Below are positions 1-10,614 of a DNA stretch of 64,000 nt, piece after piece. The notes under the pieces were generated by a model. That model did no database searches. It was not told the origin of the DNA and worked only from the letters and a program-made list of their open reading frames with translations. The stretch comes from Candidatus Poribacteria bacterium. Its GTDB lineage: Bacteria > Poribacteria > WGA-4E > JAJDTR01. Location: NCBI GenBank assembly GCA_965222225.1, contig CBDCTK010000002.1:3200001-3264000 (forward strand), read 5' to 3'. Numbering within the stretch: position 1 is the first letter of the stretch; each line of letters starts with the position of its first letter. The position numbers and the translations under genes are program-made.

Positions 1-547
1 GCCAGTGCGGCGGTCGCCAAGACACAAACAGCGCGAACGGATCTTCGGGTCGGGAATCCAGATGCCGTTCCATAAATCGAATCGCCAAATTCGTCTCCAC
101 CTCCGGCGCCCAACCTTCAAATACCGTTGGTCCCGACTCATTCTCGTAATAGCTGCGGTCGAAGAAACCGGAGCCGCCGTGGAGCGCGGCGAGATAATCA
201 AGACCGTAACGCTCCTCCTCCAGATAAGGTCCTTTGCCCAGATGGAACGTTCCCACGTGCGCCGTTCCATAGCCGTGTTCGCTCAAAGTGCCCGGCAATG
301 TCGGGATGTCGGTTCGCGGGCGATATTCGTTGTCAATCACAAAATTCTGCCACCCGTACCGCCCAGTGAGTAAAATCGCACGATACGGTGAACACAAGGG
401 ATGGTTGGAAAACATATTGTCGCACACCATCCCCTCCGACGCGAGACGGTCAATTGACGGCGTCTGAACAACGGGATTGCCGTTACACCCAAGAGCGCTG
501 TAGCGTTGCTGATCCGAAAAAACAAACAGAATGTTGGGACGTTGCAT
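1..547 (-). CDS. Sulfatase, N-terminal part (runs off the window start)
   Basis: Not in the ORF track; my translation from ATG 547 reads MQRPNILFVFSDQQRYSALGCNGNPVVQTPSIDRLASEG...NHPLCSPYRAILLTG. This has the PNILF start and a CxPxR formylglycine motif, and stays open to base 1. Confidence 0.9.
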   Translation of the reverse strand, partial: MQRPNILFVFSDQQRYSALGCNGNPVVQTPSIDRLASEGMVCDNMFSNHPLCSPYRAILLTGRYGWQNFVIDNEYRPRTDIPTLPGTLSEHGYGTAHVGTFHLGKGPYLEEERYGLDYLAALHGGSGFFDRSYYENESGPTVFEGWAPEVETNLAIRFMERHLDSRPEDPFALFVSWRPPHW

Positions 548-660
548 AAGAATTCTCACACGGAAAAATAGTCCGTAGCATCTCAAGCACAAGTCGCGTC
601 CAAAGACGTTGTGCGGCCAATAGGGACTAGGTAAGTAAGGGCAGGGACGCCAAATACGAA

Positions 661-1521
661 CTACTGGACACTGGCTTCCGAATCCTCTTGAGCGTAGGCT
701 TCCCAGAGATTGTTGATTTCCTTGGCGGGCAGCGGTCCGCTGTGGAGAATTAAGCGGTAGCGGTGACACATTGCCGATCCGGCGGGTAGATCGATGGATT
801 GCGGGATACAGGGTGAAGGGTTAATCCCTCGCTGCCCATCTACGCGCCATTTCACCGGATGACCGGGGTTTTCGGGATGATCGCAGACGGTGATTCCGGC
901 GCCAATCTCGCTCTTTTCTATGGGCATGTACAGGTCCACCCACGCCGCCGCCTGTTGCTCGGTGTCGTCATCCTGCATGCCGAAAGAATTGAGAACGGTT
1001 GCGCCGTAATCACTTCGATACGGCATACGGACGAACAATCCGCCGTACCCGTGCTGCTCGATGCACACATCCGAGACGGAGCGGAGGGTCCAATCCAAGT
1101 CTAGCAAGAGCAAATCGCCGTCAGCGCGTAACGACCAATCTTGCCGCTCAGCAAGCACGTGGCTGCCATCCGCATGATGCCAAACGGTCTCAATCCTCCA
1201 ACGCGGCGGTTCCGTTTCCAAGATACGCGGCATGCTAGGTTTAATCAGACCGACCACCTGATTGGGGCGCTGCCCCGGATAGTGCCAAAAGTCGCAGCCA
1301 TTGACGTCGGTGAACGCCGTCTGTATCCCGTGCTGGTGCGGATGGTGCCACGGGCTATCCGCGGTGAGGCAGATGCTGCCGTCCGCGGTGCGCAGCGGAT
1401 GGATGTAAGGTAACATGCCCGGTCGGGCATTGTGCTGCAACACCACCTTGCCGAGAGAGGTGTCATCGACGAACAGACAGTCGTTCTCGGCGCGGAGGTT
1501 CCATCGTGAAGCCACAGACAT
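661..1521 (-). CDS. DUF6807/'PmoA-like' family protein (not a methane monooxygenase)
   Basis: PYIHPL...DSPWHHPHQHGI...YGGLFVR...CDHPENPGHP motifs; paralogue of 57394..58236; GGAG upstream. Confidence 0.7.
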   Translation of the reverse strand: MSVASRWNLRAENDCLFVDDTSLGKVVLQHNARPGMLPYIHPLRTADGSICLTADSPWHHPHQHGIQTAFTDVNGCDFWHYPGQRPNQVVGLIKPSMPRILETEPPRWRIETVWHHADGSHVLAERQDWSLRADGDLLLLDLDWTLRSVSDVCIEQHGYGGLFVRMPYRSDYGATVLNSFGMQDDDTEQQAAAWVDLYMPIEKSEIGAGITVCDHPENPGHPVKWRVDGQRGINPSPCIPQSIDLPAGSAMCHRYRLILHSGPLPAKEINNLWEAYAQEDSEASVQ

Positions 1522-1963
1522 AAAATCTTCTCCTTGGTTAACAGCGATTTATCGTAAGTGTTTAGTGTCTAGAAAAAACTGGCGTCCATAAAACGGCTAT
1601 GGAATACGGAGTCCATCTTGATTTGATGGTCAAATTAGGTTGATTGGACATTCACAATCGTCCCCTACAATTTTCGAATTCGGAAGCGCGGCTCTTGTGC
1701 GTATCTGCGAACCGAAAGCGTGAAAAGAGATGCCAACAGAGCGTCGATTTAGGCGGTGCGTTGGCATTATCCAAAACGAAGGTTTCCTTTGCTGGTGCGG
1801 GTTCTCAGAAATCTGAGTGCTAACAAAATACTAACAGAAAAAAAGTTTGGCGGCGATCACGGATTCGCGGCGGTACGAACGGCAATGGCGATAATACTTA
1901 CCTCACGCAGCCGGAAATTATGCTTTTCAGGTTTAAAACTGCCTTCCTGAGGCAACACCCCAA

Positions 1964-2085
1964 GGGGATTTCTATGCAAGCACTATCGGGATTTACTATG
2001 GGAGTTCTATCGCACTCCTTATTCGGTCGTTTGATCCTTCCTTAACTGTCAGTTGATCGCTCGATATTCATTCGTTTAGTGCTCA
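1964..2085 (-). mobile_element. Nested cluster (3 levels) of the 35-37 nt GA-hairpin micro-element
   Basis: The minus strand parses as ACTAA AC GA AT GAATA TC GA GC G[ATCAA CT GA CA GTTA AG GA AG G[ATCAA AC GA CC GAATA AG GA GT GCGATAG AACTCC]CATAG TAAATCC]CGATAG... Confidence 0.7.
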
Positions 2086-2096
2086 GACTTAGAGGC

Positions 2097-2118
2097 TGGT
2101 GGGCAGTGCCCACCCTAC
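2097..2118 (-). repeat. GTAG-type REP-like palindrome
   Basis: GTAG GGTGGGCA C TGCCCACC A on the minus strand; exact reverse complement of 25350..25371. Confidence 0.8.
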
Positions 2119-2120
2119 AA

Positions 2121-2178
2121 TATTCTGTCGGTTAATCCTTATTCTGTCGGTTGATCCTTATTCTGTCGTTAGATTCTT
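2121..2178 (-). repeat. Three tandem half-copies of the micro-element
   Basis: Plus strand tattctgtcggttaatc / cttattctgtcggttgatc / cttattctgtcgttagattc. Confidence 0.65.
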
Positions 2179-2876
2179 CAGTGGTTTGGGAGATTTAAAT
2201 CGCAGTTAATGCGTTACGACTCGAAAATTGCGTCGAAGCATGTCATAGCTTGGCTTCGTAGATGCTTTTGGCGTCGTGATTGAGTGTGCGAAATACTGCG
2301 ATAAACTGCGAATATGTCTTCGATCGCGTTCACCGCGGTACTGCGACGATTGCCCAAAACAGCGGCAGGCGCTCCGACTGGATGCCACCTAGATTCGCTC
2401 ATGCGCCGATAGTTTCGGCGCCGAAAAGGGACGAAACCCGGCGAACTGGAATAGCGGTTTAGACTCAGATTCGACATTTGGCTCAGTGGTCTTTTCTATT
2501 CTCACGTCACAAAGCGCGCACATAGGTGAACGAGTTCGACACTCGGCGGCATGCGTTGGAGGCGCGTACACTCTTTCAAAGACCGCGGGCAGCATTTGAC
2601 AGCGCCGTTTTAGAGGAAGCGCGAGTGAACGGAATCCAATTAAAACTGATGGGATTCTCGTCCCTGCAGCTCAACCCCAGAAGAAACAAGTGCACAACTA
2701 TCACTAGCCGGCATTGACGATTCGGCATCATTATACTATACCTCTGTATAGTTATCAATCTAAAACAATGGAGGAGTTGCCAGAGGGAAGTGATGGCTCA
2801 AGCTGCACATGAAATTGCGTTAATAGCTCAATCTATCCTTCGGAGACCGATTATTTTAAATACACATGTCGATATG

Positions 2877-3761
2877 TCATTCTAAATGACGTGTCTTGAT
2901 GCCGCCCCACATCAGAGGCAACTTCTCCAACGGACTGACGGCGAGGCTCATTATTCCCCTTATTTCTTCATCATTCATCGGTCTATTCCAGAAACGCACT
3001 TCATCATATCTCGCAGGAAAGAACCCGGTGCCCGGATTGCCTCCATCACCGACCGCATGAATCCCCATCCATATCTTTTTTCTGGCTTTATCGCTATCCG
3101 GCTTGTCGTTAAGCGCTCTTGAGAAATCTCCCGCCCGTCCGATGAACTCCCCATCAATATAGGCTCTAAGTTCTTTGGCGCCTTCATCGCGCACCCCTGC
3201 GATATGGTGCCATTCCCCGTCGTTCAATTTCGGCTTATCCGTTATGACGCCGGGGGTGCCGGCACCCGAAGCTACAAACACATTCACTGCCGCAAATCGA
3301 AACTTGTCGTCCCCGTCAATATCCGAAAAGAAGAACATCGACCAGTGCCCTTTATTGTGTCCGTCAGTCCCATGTCCTCCGAAAATGAGATGCCCGTGGA
3401 AGCCGCTAACAACAGCCTCCGGCACCTTGGGAGCTTTAGCCGTGGTCATCAGCCACAGTTCGGCAGTGAACGAGCCACGCTCCGCCTCAATCAGCTCTGG
3501 TGTTAAATTGATTTCCACATACCCGGTTTCGCCGTCCAGTTGTAAAGCCCTCCCCCGTTTCCCCTGAAGGATTTTCGTCCCGCCGATAATCTTGCCGCCT
3601 CCCGTTTTGCCCGTGAGATCTCTCGCTATCCCGCCCGTGCTGTCGTCAAAGGGCAGATAAAGCAACAAGCTATCATCAAAAGCGTTGATAGGCAGAACGA
3701 TGGCTATGAAAAGTACGCCGGATGCCATTGCGATGAATAGGTTCATCCTGTTTCTCGACAT
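2877..3761 (-). CDS. Secreted LamG/concanavalin-like domain protein
   Basis: Signal peptide, LLLYLPFD, SFTAELW, DGEWHHIAGV, YDEVRFWN, C-terminal AVSPLEKLPLMWGGIK. Start placed at ATG 3761 behind GGAG (the track uses TTG 3776). Confidence 0.85.
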   Translation of the reverse strand: MSRNRMNLFIAMASGVLFIAIVLPINAFDDSLLLYLPFDDSTGGIARDLTGKTGGGKIIGGTKILQGKRGRALQLDGETGYVEINLTPELIEAERGSFTAELWLMTTAKAPKVPEAVVSGFHGHLIFGGHGTDGHNKGHWSMFFFSDIDGDDKFRFAAVNVFVASGAGTPGVITDKPKLNDGEWHHIAGVRDEGAKELRAYIDGEFIGRAGDFSRALNDKPDSDKARKKIWMGIHAVGDGGNPGTGFFPARYDEVRFWNRPMNDEEIRGIMSLAVSPLEKLPLMWGGIKTRHLE

Positions 3762-3908
3762 TTCGTTCTCCCACAACTTAGAACAACTTTGATTAACCCA
3801 AGCCAGTTTGACATACTGTCCATAGGGGGTAAATGCCTTGGGCTTCGACGGTTTTGCCCCCCAAGTAACGAACTTTTTTGGTTGTGCTAACTGCGTTTCA
3901 GATAGGTT

Positions 3909-4727
3909 TTAAACAGACTCCTCCCGATCAAAGAGAGCCAATTGATCCTCATTCAGAGTATCGGCACGAAGGTGAATCAAATGCAAGGCTTGCTCGGCAG
4001 TAGATTCCTTCTCGTCGCCGTCTTGGTCTACAAGGCACTTCACAATTATACCTTTGCCCCTCACATGTACAAGCAATACCATCTGAACGGTGAGAAGAAC
4101 AATGCGCGTGCAAGTATCAATGAGTTTCAAATGACGATGCTCGGAAGATTGCAAGTTCGTTTTGCCTTCCCCCCAATCGTCTGGACGAGGTAGATATGCG
4201 CTACCATGCGCGAGGTCGTTGCGGATATCTTTAACGACGTTCAAACCAAGCCCGTTCAAATCGTCGGAGTCGTTTAGTTTGAACGCGTCACTACGCACTT
4301 CGTAAGTAGCATCCTCCTCTATGAATTTACGTAGGGAATATAAAGTGTCTTTGTAACCAGCAATGGGACGGCTTGGGCTATAGTTTTGCTTCAAGAACTT
4401 GATTGTTTTATCCACGACGCCGTATCGCTCTATACCTAAAAAAACCTTAGCTACAGTCTCAAAACTACCCCACACGAAATTAAAAATTATGAGTCTTGTG
4501 GTGAGATTTGACAGCAACTCACTGCGCTTATCTTCGTAAGCCATAGCTGTTCCACAATACGCTAGGGTGTCATCGTGCTTTGCTGTTGTCACCTTGACGC
4601 TTTCAACGCCAGCGGCGATGTCTAGCCAAGCCATTGCGTTCAAAAACGGGACCTGATCCCATTGGCTTAGAAACTCCTTTAATTCAAAACAGTGTTCTTG
4701 TAAATCAATAAGTTGATTGCGGCGCAT
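3909..4727 (-). CDS. Hypothetical protein with HEPN-type RxxxxH motif
   Basis: 272 aa with strong RBS (AGGAAGGAG); IRNDLAHGS matches the HEPN R-x4-H motif; divergent from sspB. Confidence 0.55.
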   Translation of the reverse strand: MRRNQLIDLQEHCFELKEFLSQWDQVPFLNAMAWLDIAAGVESVKVTTAKHDDTLAYCGTAMAYEDKRSELLSNLTTRLIIFNFVWGSFETVAKVFLGIERYGVVDKTIKFLKQNYSPSRPIAGYKDTLYSLRKFIEEDATYEVRSDAFKLNDSDDLNGLGLNVVKDIRNDLAHGSAYLPRPDDWGEGKTNLQSSEHRHLKLIDTCTRIVLLTVQMVLLVHVRGKGIIVKCLVDQDGDEKESTAEQALHLIHLRADTLNEDQLALFDREESV

Positions 4728-5316
4728 TTCTTCTCCTTCCTCCTTATCAATAATGAAGTCTTAGTTAGGTTGGCCTTGTAGCGGCCCGTCTGAATTTTTG
4801 AAATTAGTCTTTGCGAACAGTCATCTTCGGCTAAATGCTTTGAGACTCCCGTGAATCTGCCAATTGAACCACGAAAAAACACCTTGCCATCTACGTTTCA
4901 AAGCCAATCTGAAGTCTGTAAATCACTTGAATGCGTGAATTGCCATTGCGACAATAATCAGTGGACTTGCAATGAAATGACAAAAAATCTCTCAGGCAGT
5001 TGGAATCCTAAGAGTTGCTCACCATGGCACTATACTCCGTGCATAAGGTCACCGGAACCCCATCTGCCTACTCAATACCTCAATTCATTTCTGTTGATCC
5101 GCTGTCGTAATTGTGCTACACTAAACATCTAATAATACGATAATAAAGAGCATTCTTCAATAATAAAAAACAGACATGTAATTATCCACTGGGACGTCAT
5201 GTTAGAAAAGCTAGTGGAATTGAATCTCCAGCTAGTGTTCTCAGTCATGAACGTAACATCACTAGAGATATGGGACGATTGACATATTCTGATGTTTTGT
5301 TGGTTGCAGGTTGTGA

Positions 5317-6246
5317 GTGATGAAGTATAGATATTCTGGACACGGTACATTCCCTTGCCGGTATACTTGGCTCCCTAAAGCAGTCGTTGCCTTGAAAAAT
5401 AAACCTCATCTATTTAGCGATGTAGATGAGGCGATGGTTGAGCTGGGCGTTGGCAGGCAAATGGTGCGCGCGATAAGATTTTGGGTTGAAGCCGCAAAGG
5501 TTGTCAAGAAAGACGGAAAGGACGAGTTTAAAGTAACTTCATTGGGCAGAATGGTAATTGGAGAAGACGGTCTAGATCCATATCTGGAAGATTCCCAAAC
5601 GCTTTGGCTAATTCATTGGAATTTCTCAACTCACAGTGAAAATCCTATCTTCGCTTGGGATTTCCTTATGAATCAGTGGCAAGAACCAGAGATAATTCCA
5701 TCGCTCGCGGTCAAAGCCTTTGAAAAAGAGGCTGTCCAGCATGATAAACGACGGTCAAAGGTTACACTCAAGGAGCACTTTGATGTTTTTCTTCATACTT
5801 ACCTACCAACACGGGGAACGAAAGGTGATATACTTGAGGATAACCTTGATTGTCCTTTGATCGAACTGGATTTGATTCGGCAAGTAGGAGAGCGGATTTC
5901 GGACGGCCAAAACGGGAAACGAGAACCGGTATATGCTTTCAATCGTGATCATAAGCCGCAAATCAGCCAGGCGCTTTTTGTCTACTGCTTGAATGATTTC
6001 TGGAATACCCATCATGATCGAGAAGGGACTTTGCCATTTCGTGAAGTTGCTTCTGGACGTGGCAGTCCAGGTCAGGTTTTCAAATTGCCGGAACAAGAAA
6101 TTGTGAATCGCCTAGAAAACATCGAAAACAGTACGAACGGTGCGATAAGTTTTCACGAATCAGTGAATTTGAGTCGAATTCAAAGACATCAAGAAATTGA
6201 TCGGGACGAGTTGTTGGCAGCTATTTATCCTCCTGAAGAGGTTTAG
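5317..6246 (+). CDS. sspB: DUF4007 family protein, SspB-like nickase
   Basis: YSGHGTFPCRYTWLPK, LGVGRQMVRAIRFW and DPYLEDSQTLWLIHW are DUF4007 signatures; first gene of the ssp operon. Confidence 0.85.
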   Translation: MMKYRYSGHGTFPCRYTWLPKAVVALKNKPHLFSDVDEAMVELGVGRQMVRAIRFWVEAAKVVKKDGKDEFKVTSLGRMVIGEDGLDPYLEDSQTLWLIHWNFSTHSENPIFAWDFLMNQWQEPEIIPSLAVKAFEKEAVQHDKRRSKVTLKEHFDVFLHTYLPTRGTKGDILEDNLDCPLIELDLIRQVGERISDGQNGKREPVYAFNRDHKPQISQALFVYCLNDFWNTHHDREGTLPFREVASGRGSPGQVFKLPEQEIVNRLENIENSTNGAISFHESVNLSRIQRHQEIDRDELLAAIYPPEEV

Positions 6247-6249
6247 ATA

Positions 6250-9200
6250 TTGAACCGCACTGTCGCCCACCTATTTCGCATCAACCCTCGCTTCCTGCGC
6301 TCAACACACCTTGAGCGAGATTTTTCCAACCCAGACAGTTGCGCGGGGTACATACCGACGGATTTTACTAGGACCTGCCTAAAGCGCTTGGCAGAAGGAC
6401 TAGCAACAAATTCGACTAACCGAGCATGGCGACTCACCGGAGATTACGGCACAGGAAAGTCAAGTTTCGCCTTAGTTCTAGCCCACCTGTTTTCAGGTCA
6501 GCAAAATGGACCGCTGGAAAAACTGCGAAAATCCGTTAACATTGACGATTTCGGCTTTGAAAACCAGAGCTTGGTACCCATCCTAGTCACGGGAAATCGG
6601 TTGCCGTTGGGTTTTGACCTTCAATCGGCTTTACGGAAATCCCTCGCCACCGGCAACGATGTTTCTTATACAAAATTACCCTCCAAACTCCAACACTTTG
6701 CAAAGGTTTTGGATAAAGATACACCGCCGCAGCTTGAGTTTAGACCAGCAGAGGGCGAAATCCCGGGAATCGGAGATCAGGAGATTGTCGACGCTCTCAT
6801 TCTCTATAGCGAGTTCATCAAATCGGATTCGAAAGGGTCAGGAGTTCTTCTCATCATTGATGAATTAGGGAAATTCCTCGAATATGCGGCAATGTATCCA
6901 GAGCGTCAGGACATCTATCTACTGCAACAGTTGGCAGAAGCCGCATCGCGTAGCGGAGAAACACCTTTTTTCGTCTTGGGGCTTTTACATCAAGGGTTTA
7001 GTGCCTATACTGATCGTTTGGATACGACTTCCAAACAGGAATGGGAAAAGGTTGCTGGACGATTTGAAGAAATTATATTCAATCAACCGCTTGATCAGGT
7101 TGTTCTGTTGCTTTCGTCTGCTTTGGGCGTTCGGAAGAATGGCGTTTCAGTAACGCACCAAGAAGAGACAGCCGCACAAATGACTTTTGCCCTTCGGCGA
7201 GGGTGGTTTGGCCCCGCACCGCCACGCAAGAGTTGGCAAAATAAAGCAGCGCGGTTATTTCCGATTGATCCTCTGGCTGTGCCTATTATCGTCCGAACGA
7301 TGCATCGCTTTGGCCAGAACGAGAGGTCACTGTTTAGTTTTCTTCAATCCTCAGAACCATACGGTTTACAAGCCTTTTCTTCACAACTGTCGCTTCAAGA
7401 TGCGCGACTGTACCGAATCCACGACTTTTACGATTATGTTCGAGCGAATTTGAGCCATTCGATCAATCTGAGCAGCACGCAGACACATTGGATGACGGTC
7501 GAGTCGATTGTCTCAAGTTGCGTGACCGACGACATTTTAGAACTGCAAGTTCTGAAAACAATTGGGATGTTGAATCTGCTGAACGCCAATGACTTACTTC
7601 CAACAGAGTCGATTGTCGTGCAGGCAGTGGCGGGAACGCAGGACGACTTGCGTAGTCGTGCCACCCATACAATAGACACCCTGAAGGATGAAAAACGCAT
7701 ATTATACGACCGCGGCATTGCCGGTGGGTTATGTCTTTGGCCTCACTCCAGTGTGGACTTGGACTCTGCTTACAAAGACGCGGAGCGTGCAATCGGCAGT
7801 ATTGATAAGGTGAGCGAACGAATCCAAGCCTATCTTGAGCCTAGACCAATCGTTGCTCGCAGGCACTACATAGAAACCGGGAATCTGCGCCACTTTCGGA
7901 TTCAGTATCTGACCGCATCTGCATTTGCTCAAATTGTACCTCAATCGGAGGGAGGTGACGATGGCACGATCATCGTGGTGCTATGCGACTCGCCTCAAGA
8001 ACGACAACAGACATTGCAGACGGCTAAAAACTCAGTATTCACGAACCATCCTCAGATAATCATCGCCGTTCCAGATCCGCTGCACAACGTCGCCGACTAT
8101 CTTCGAGATTCCCTGTGTTGGGAATGGGTTGGAAAAAACATATTAGAACTCAACACCGATCCTTACGCACGCGATGAAGTATCGCGTCAGCGCAAGGCGG
8201 CTCTTGAGCGCCTTGAAAAACGAATTAGCGACCTAATTAATCTGCGCGACTATTCAGGAAAAATGGCGTTCGATTGGTTTTCCGAAAGGAAATCACTACC
8301 AATTTCTAACTGTAAACAACTATTAAAGCATCTTTCCGATGTTTACAATCGGGTTTTCCCGCAGGCACCCAGAATTCAAAACGAACTTATCAATAGACAA
8401 AACTTGAGTGTCGCTGCGGCCGCCGCGCGATTGCGGTTAATTGGGGGGATGTTAGAGAGAGAATCCCAGTTGAACCTCGGCATGCCCACGAACAAACGAC
8501 CGCCTGAAATGTCGATGTACCTTTCAGTCCTGAAACAGGGAAATATTCATGTCAAAGCGGAAAAAACATGGTATATTCAAGAGCCCCTTCCCGATGCGGA
8601 CTCGTGCCATATCTTACCGGCGCTGAGGCAGATTGAATTGGTATTGAAGTCAAAACCAGACAAGAAAATAGCCGTATCTGAGTTGTTTGTAGAACTTCGA
8701 AAACCGCCGTTTGGAATTCGAAACGGACTAATTCCTTTACTGCTGGCAATCTACATTGCTGCTCATAGGCAAGACATCGCAATATTTGAAGATGGCACGT
8801 TCGTGCGTGAGGTTAGACGAGATGATTTCCTGCGACTGACGAAGGCACCTGAATACTTTGAAATCCAACACAGTGAGATTGAAGGGATTCGTGCCTCAGT
8901 TTTCGATCAACTCATTAAGGTGCTTGGCATTCAGCGAACATCAGGAGAGCGAACTTCTCGAATTCTTGATGTTGTCCGACCCCTGTGTACTTTTGTCGTG
9001 GAACTGCCTGAATATGTCCATAACACAAAGAAACTCTCTCAAGAAGCCATCGCCGTCCGCAACACGCTCATGTCGGCGGGCGAACCTGCGCCTCTACTTT
9101 TCCGGGATCTGCCAATTGCCTGCGGTGATGCTCCGTTTGATGCAACCGAATCCATTGGCGATAGTCGGGTGCAAGACTTTGCAGAAAAACTCAAAACCTA

Positions 9201-9768
9201 TCTGACTGAGCTGCGGAATGCCTATACCGAGTTACTTGAACGTCTAAAATTTGCCATTTTCGAGGCATTTGAGGTGTCAGGTAGTTTTTCACAAGCGCGA
9301 GGTTCTCTTTCAAGCCACGCCGACGCTTTACGGATTAATGTTACGGAATCCCAACTTAAAGCCCTCTGCGGCCGCTTGAGTGACAGGACGCTGTCTGAAA
9401 CGAAATGGATTGAGTCGGTTGCCAGTTTTATCGCTTCAAAACCTCCATCCTATTGGTACGATTCGGATGAAGTCGCGTTCCAAAATGAACTTTCAGACTT
9501 CGCAGAGCGTTTCAAGCATGTTGACGGTATCTATTTCGGGACGGAAGATAGATCTGCACGTGGAGAAGGAGTTCGCCTTGCAATCACGCGCTCGGACGGG
9601 AGTGAAAGGGCTGCGGTCATGTATCCCCGACCTGAAGAAGAGAGGATATTGGACGATATCCAAAAGCAAATTCGCGCCTTAATGAGAGATCGCCCTCGTT
9701 TGGGCTTGGCTGCCATCGCACGGACAGTGTGGGATGAACTCAACGAAGGTTCTGAAAAAACACGATAA
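6250..9768 (+). CDS. sspC: Large ATPase, SspC-like
   Basis: Walker A GDYGTGKS, Walker B LLIIDELGKFLE, EWEKVAGRF, FGQNERSLFSF; 1172 aa between DUF4007 and a PAPS reductase. Confidence 0.85.
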   Translation: MNRTVAHLFRINPRFLRSTHLERDFSNPDSCAGYIPTDFTRTCLKRLAEGLATNSTNRAWRLTGDYGTGKSSFALVLAHLFSGQQNGPLEKLRKSVNIDDFGFENQSLVPILVTGNRLPLGFDLQSALRKSLATGNDVSYTKLPSKLQHFAKVLDKDTPPQLEFRPAEGEIPGIGDQEIVDALILYSEFIKSDSKGSGVLLIIDELGKFLEYAAMYPERQDIYLLQQLAEAASRSGETPFFVLGLLHQGFSAYTDRLDTTSKQEWEKVAGRFEEIIFNQPLDQVVLLLSSALGVRKNGVSVTHQEETAAQMTFALRRGWFGPAPPRKSWQNKAARLFPIDPLAVPIIVRTMHRFGQNERSLFSFLQSSEPYGLQAFSSQLSLQDARLYRIHDFYDYVRANLSHSINLSSTQTHWMTVESIVSSCVTDDILELQVLKTIGMLNLLNANDLLPTESIVVQAVAGTQDDLRSRATHTIDTLKDEKRILYDRGIAGGLCLWPHSSVDLDSAYKDAERAIGSIDKVSERIQAYLEPRPIVARRHYIETGNLRHFRIQYLTASAFAQIVPQSEGGDDGTIIVVLCDSPQERQQTLQTAKNSVFTNHPQIIIAVPDPLHNVADYLRDSLCWEWVGKNILELNTDPYARDEVSRQRKAALERLEKRISDLINLRDYSGKMAFDWFSERKSLPISNCKQLLKHLSDVYNRVFPQAPRIQNELINRQNLSVAAAAARLRLIGGMLERESQLNLGMPTNKRPPEMSMYLSVLKQGNIHVKAEKTWYIQEPLPDADSCHILPALRQIELVLKSKPDKKIAVSELFVELRKPPFGIRNGLIPLLLAIYIAAHRQDIAIFEDGTFVREVRRDDFLRLTKAPEYFEIQHSEIEGIRASVFDQLIKVLGIQRTSGERTSRILDVVRPLCTFVVELPEYVHNTKKLSQEAIAVRNTLMSAGEPAPLLFRDLPIACGDAPFDATESIGDSRVQDFAEKLKTYLTELRNAYTELLERLKFAIFEAFEVSGSFSQARGSLSSHADALRINVTESQLKALCGRLSDRTLSETKWIESVASFIASKPPSYWYDSDEVAFQNELSDFAERFKHVDGIYFGTEDRSARGEGVRLAITRSDGSERAAVMYPRPEEERILDDIQKQIRALMRDRPRLGLAAIARTVWDELNEGSEKTR

Positions 9769-9800
9769 AATGGAGCGCACCAAAAGGAGAATCAAAAAAG

Positions 9801-10610
9801 ATGGCTCAAAAAGACCGGCACATCCTTAGCCTTTCAGGTGGAAAAGACAGCACGGCATTAGCCATCTATATGCGTGACCGCGTTCCGGAGATGGAGTACA
9901 TCTTCCATGATACCGACAAAGAGTTGCCCGATACGATTGAATATCTCAAGCGCTTGGAAGCCTATCTTGGCATGCCTATTGAGCGAACCACGAAGCACAC
10001 CGGTTTTGACAAAATGCTGAGGGTTTATGGTGGTATGCTCCCTTCAAATCATCGACGCTGGTGTACCAGAATGCTGAAGCTCAAGCCATTTGAGGCTTAT
10101 GTGGGCGATGACCCCGTCATTAACTACGTCGGACTACGTGCAGACGAAAATCGAACCGGCTATATTAGTCACAAACCCAACATCAAGGTTGTTTATCCGT
10201 TCAAAGATGATGGAATTGTTTATGAGGACGTGGTTCGCATCTTAGAGGAGTCCGGGTTGGGAATGCCTCCCTATACGGATTGGGGACGAACACACTCAGG
10301 TTGCTTTTTTTGTTTTTATCAACAGAAGATTGAGTGGGTCAGGTTGAAACAAAAGTATCCCGAACTGTATGAGCAAGCAAAGGAATACGAAAAACCAAAT
10401 AAGATTAACGGGAATATTTTTTACTGGAATGATGACGAATCTCTTGAAGAACTTGAGCAACAGGAACGGACTGCAGAGATTATTACCAACTGGGAAAAGA
10501 ATCAAGAACGTTTAAAGACCAAGCGAAAAAATAGACCACTAGTGTCTGTGTTGGCTGGATATGAGTCCGAGGAGGATGAAGATCAGGGCTGTCTAACGTG
10601 CTTTTTGTAA
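9801..10610 (+). CDS. sspD: PAPS-reductase-family ATP pyrophosphatase, SspD-like
   Basis: PP-loop SLSGGKDS, RWCTRMLKLKPF, GCFFCFYQ, C-terminal CLTC. Confidence 0.88.
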   Translation: MAQKDRHILSLSGGKDSTALAIYMRDRVPEMEYIFHDTDKELPDTIEYLKRLEAYLGMPIERTTKHTGFDKMLRVYGGMLPSNHRRWCTRMLKLKPFEAYVGDDPVINYVGLRADENRTGYISHKPNIKVVYPFKDDGIVYEDVVRILEESGLGMPPYTDWGRTHSGCFFCFYQQKIEWVRLKQKYPELYEQAKEYEKPNKINGNIFYWNDDESLEELEQQERTAEIITNWEKNQERLKTKRKNRPLVSVLAGYESEEDEDQGCLTCFL

Positions 10611-10614
10611 TGCG

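Noticed and set aside
661-1521. Methane monooxygenase PmoA
   Set aside because: Soluble beta-rich protein with no TM helices and no pmoB/pmoC; the family label is misleading.
2200-2760. Short overlapping ORFs as a gene or transposase remnant
   Set aside because: No recognisable motif, RBS or consistent frame; left unannotated.
5317-10610. BREX type 4 (also has DUF4007 and PAPS reductase genes)
   Set aside because: No PglZ or BrxL was recognised; the desulfurase and the SspFGH-like trio point to Ssp.
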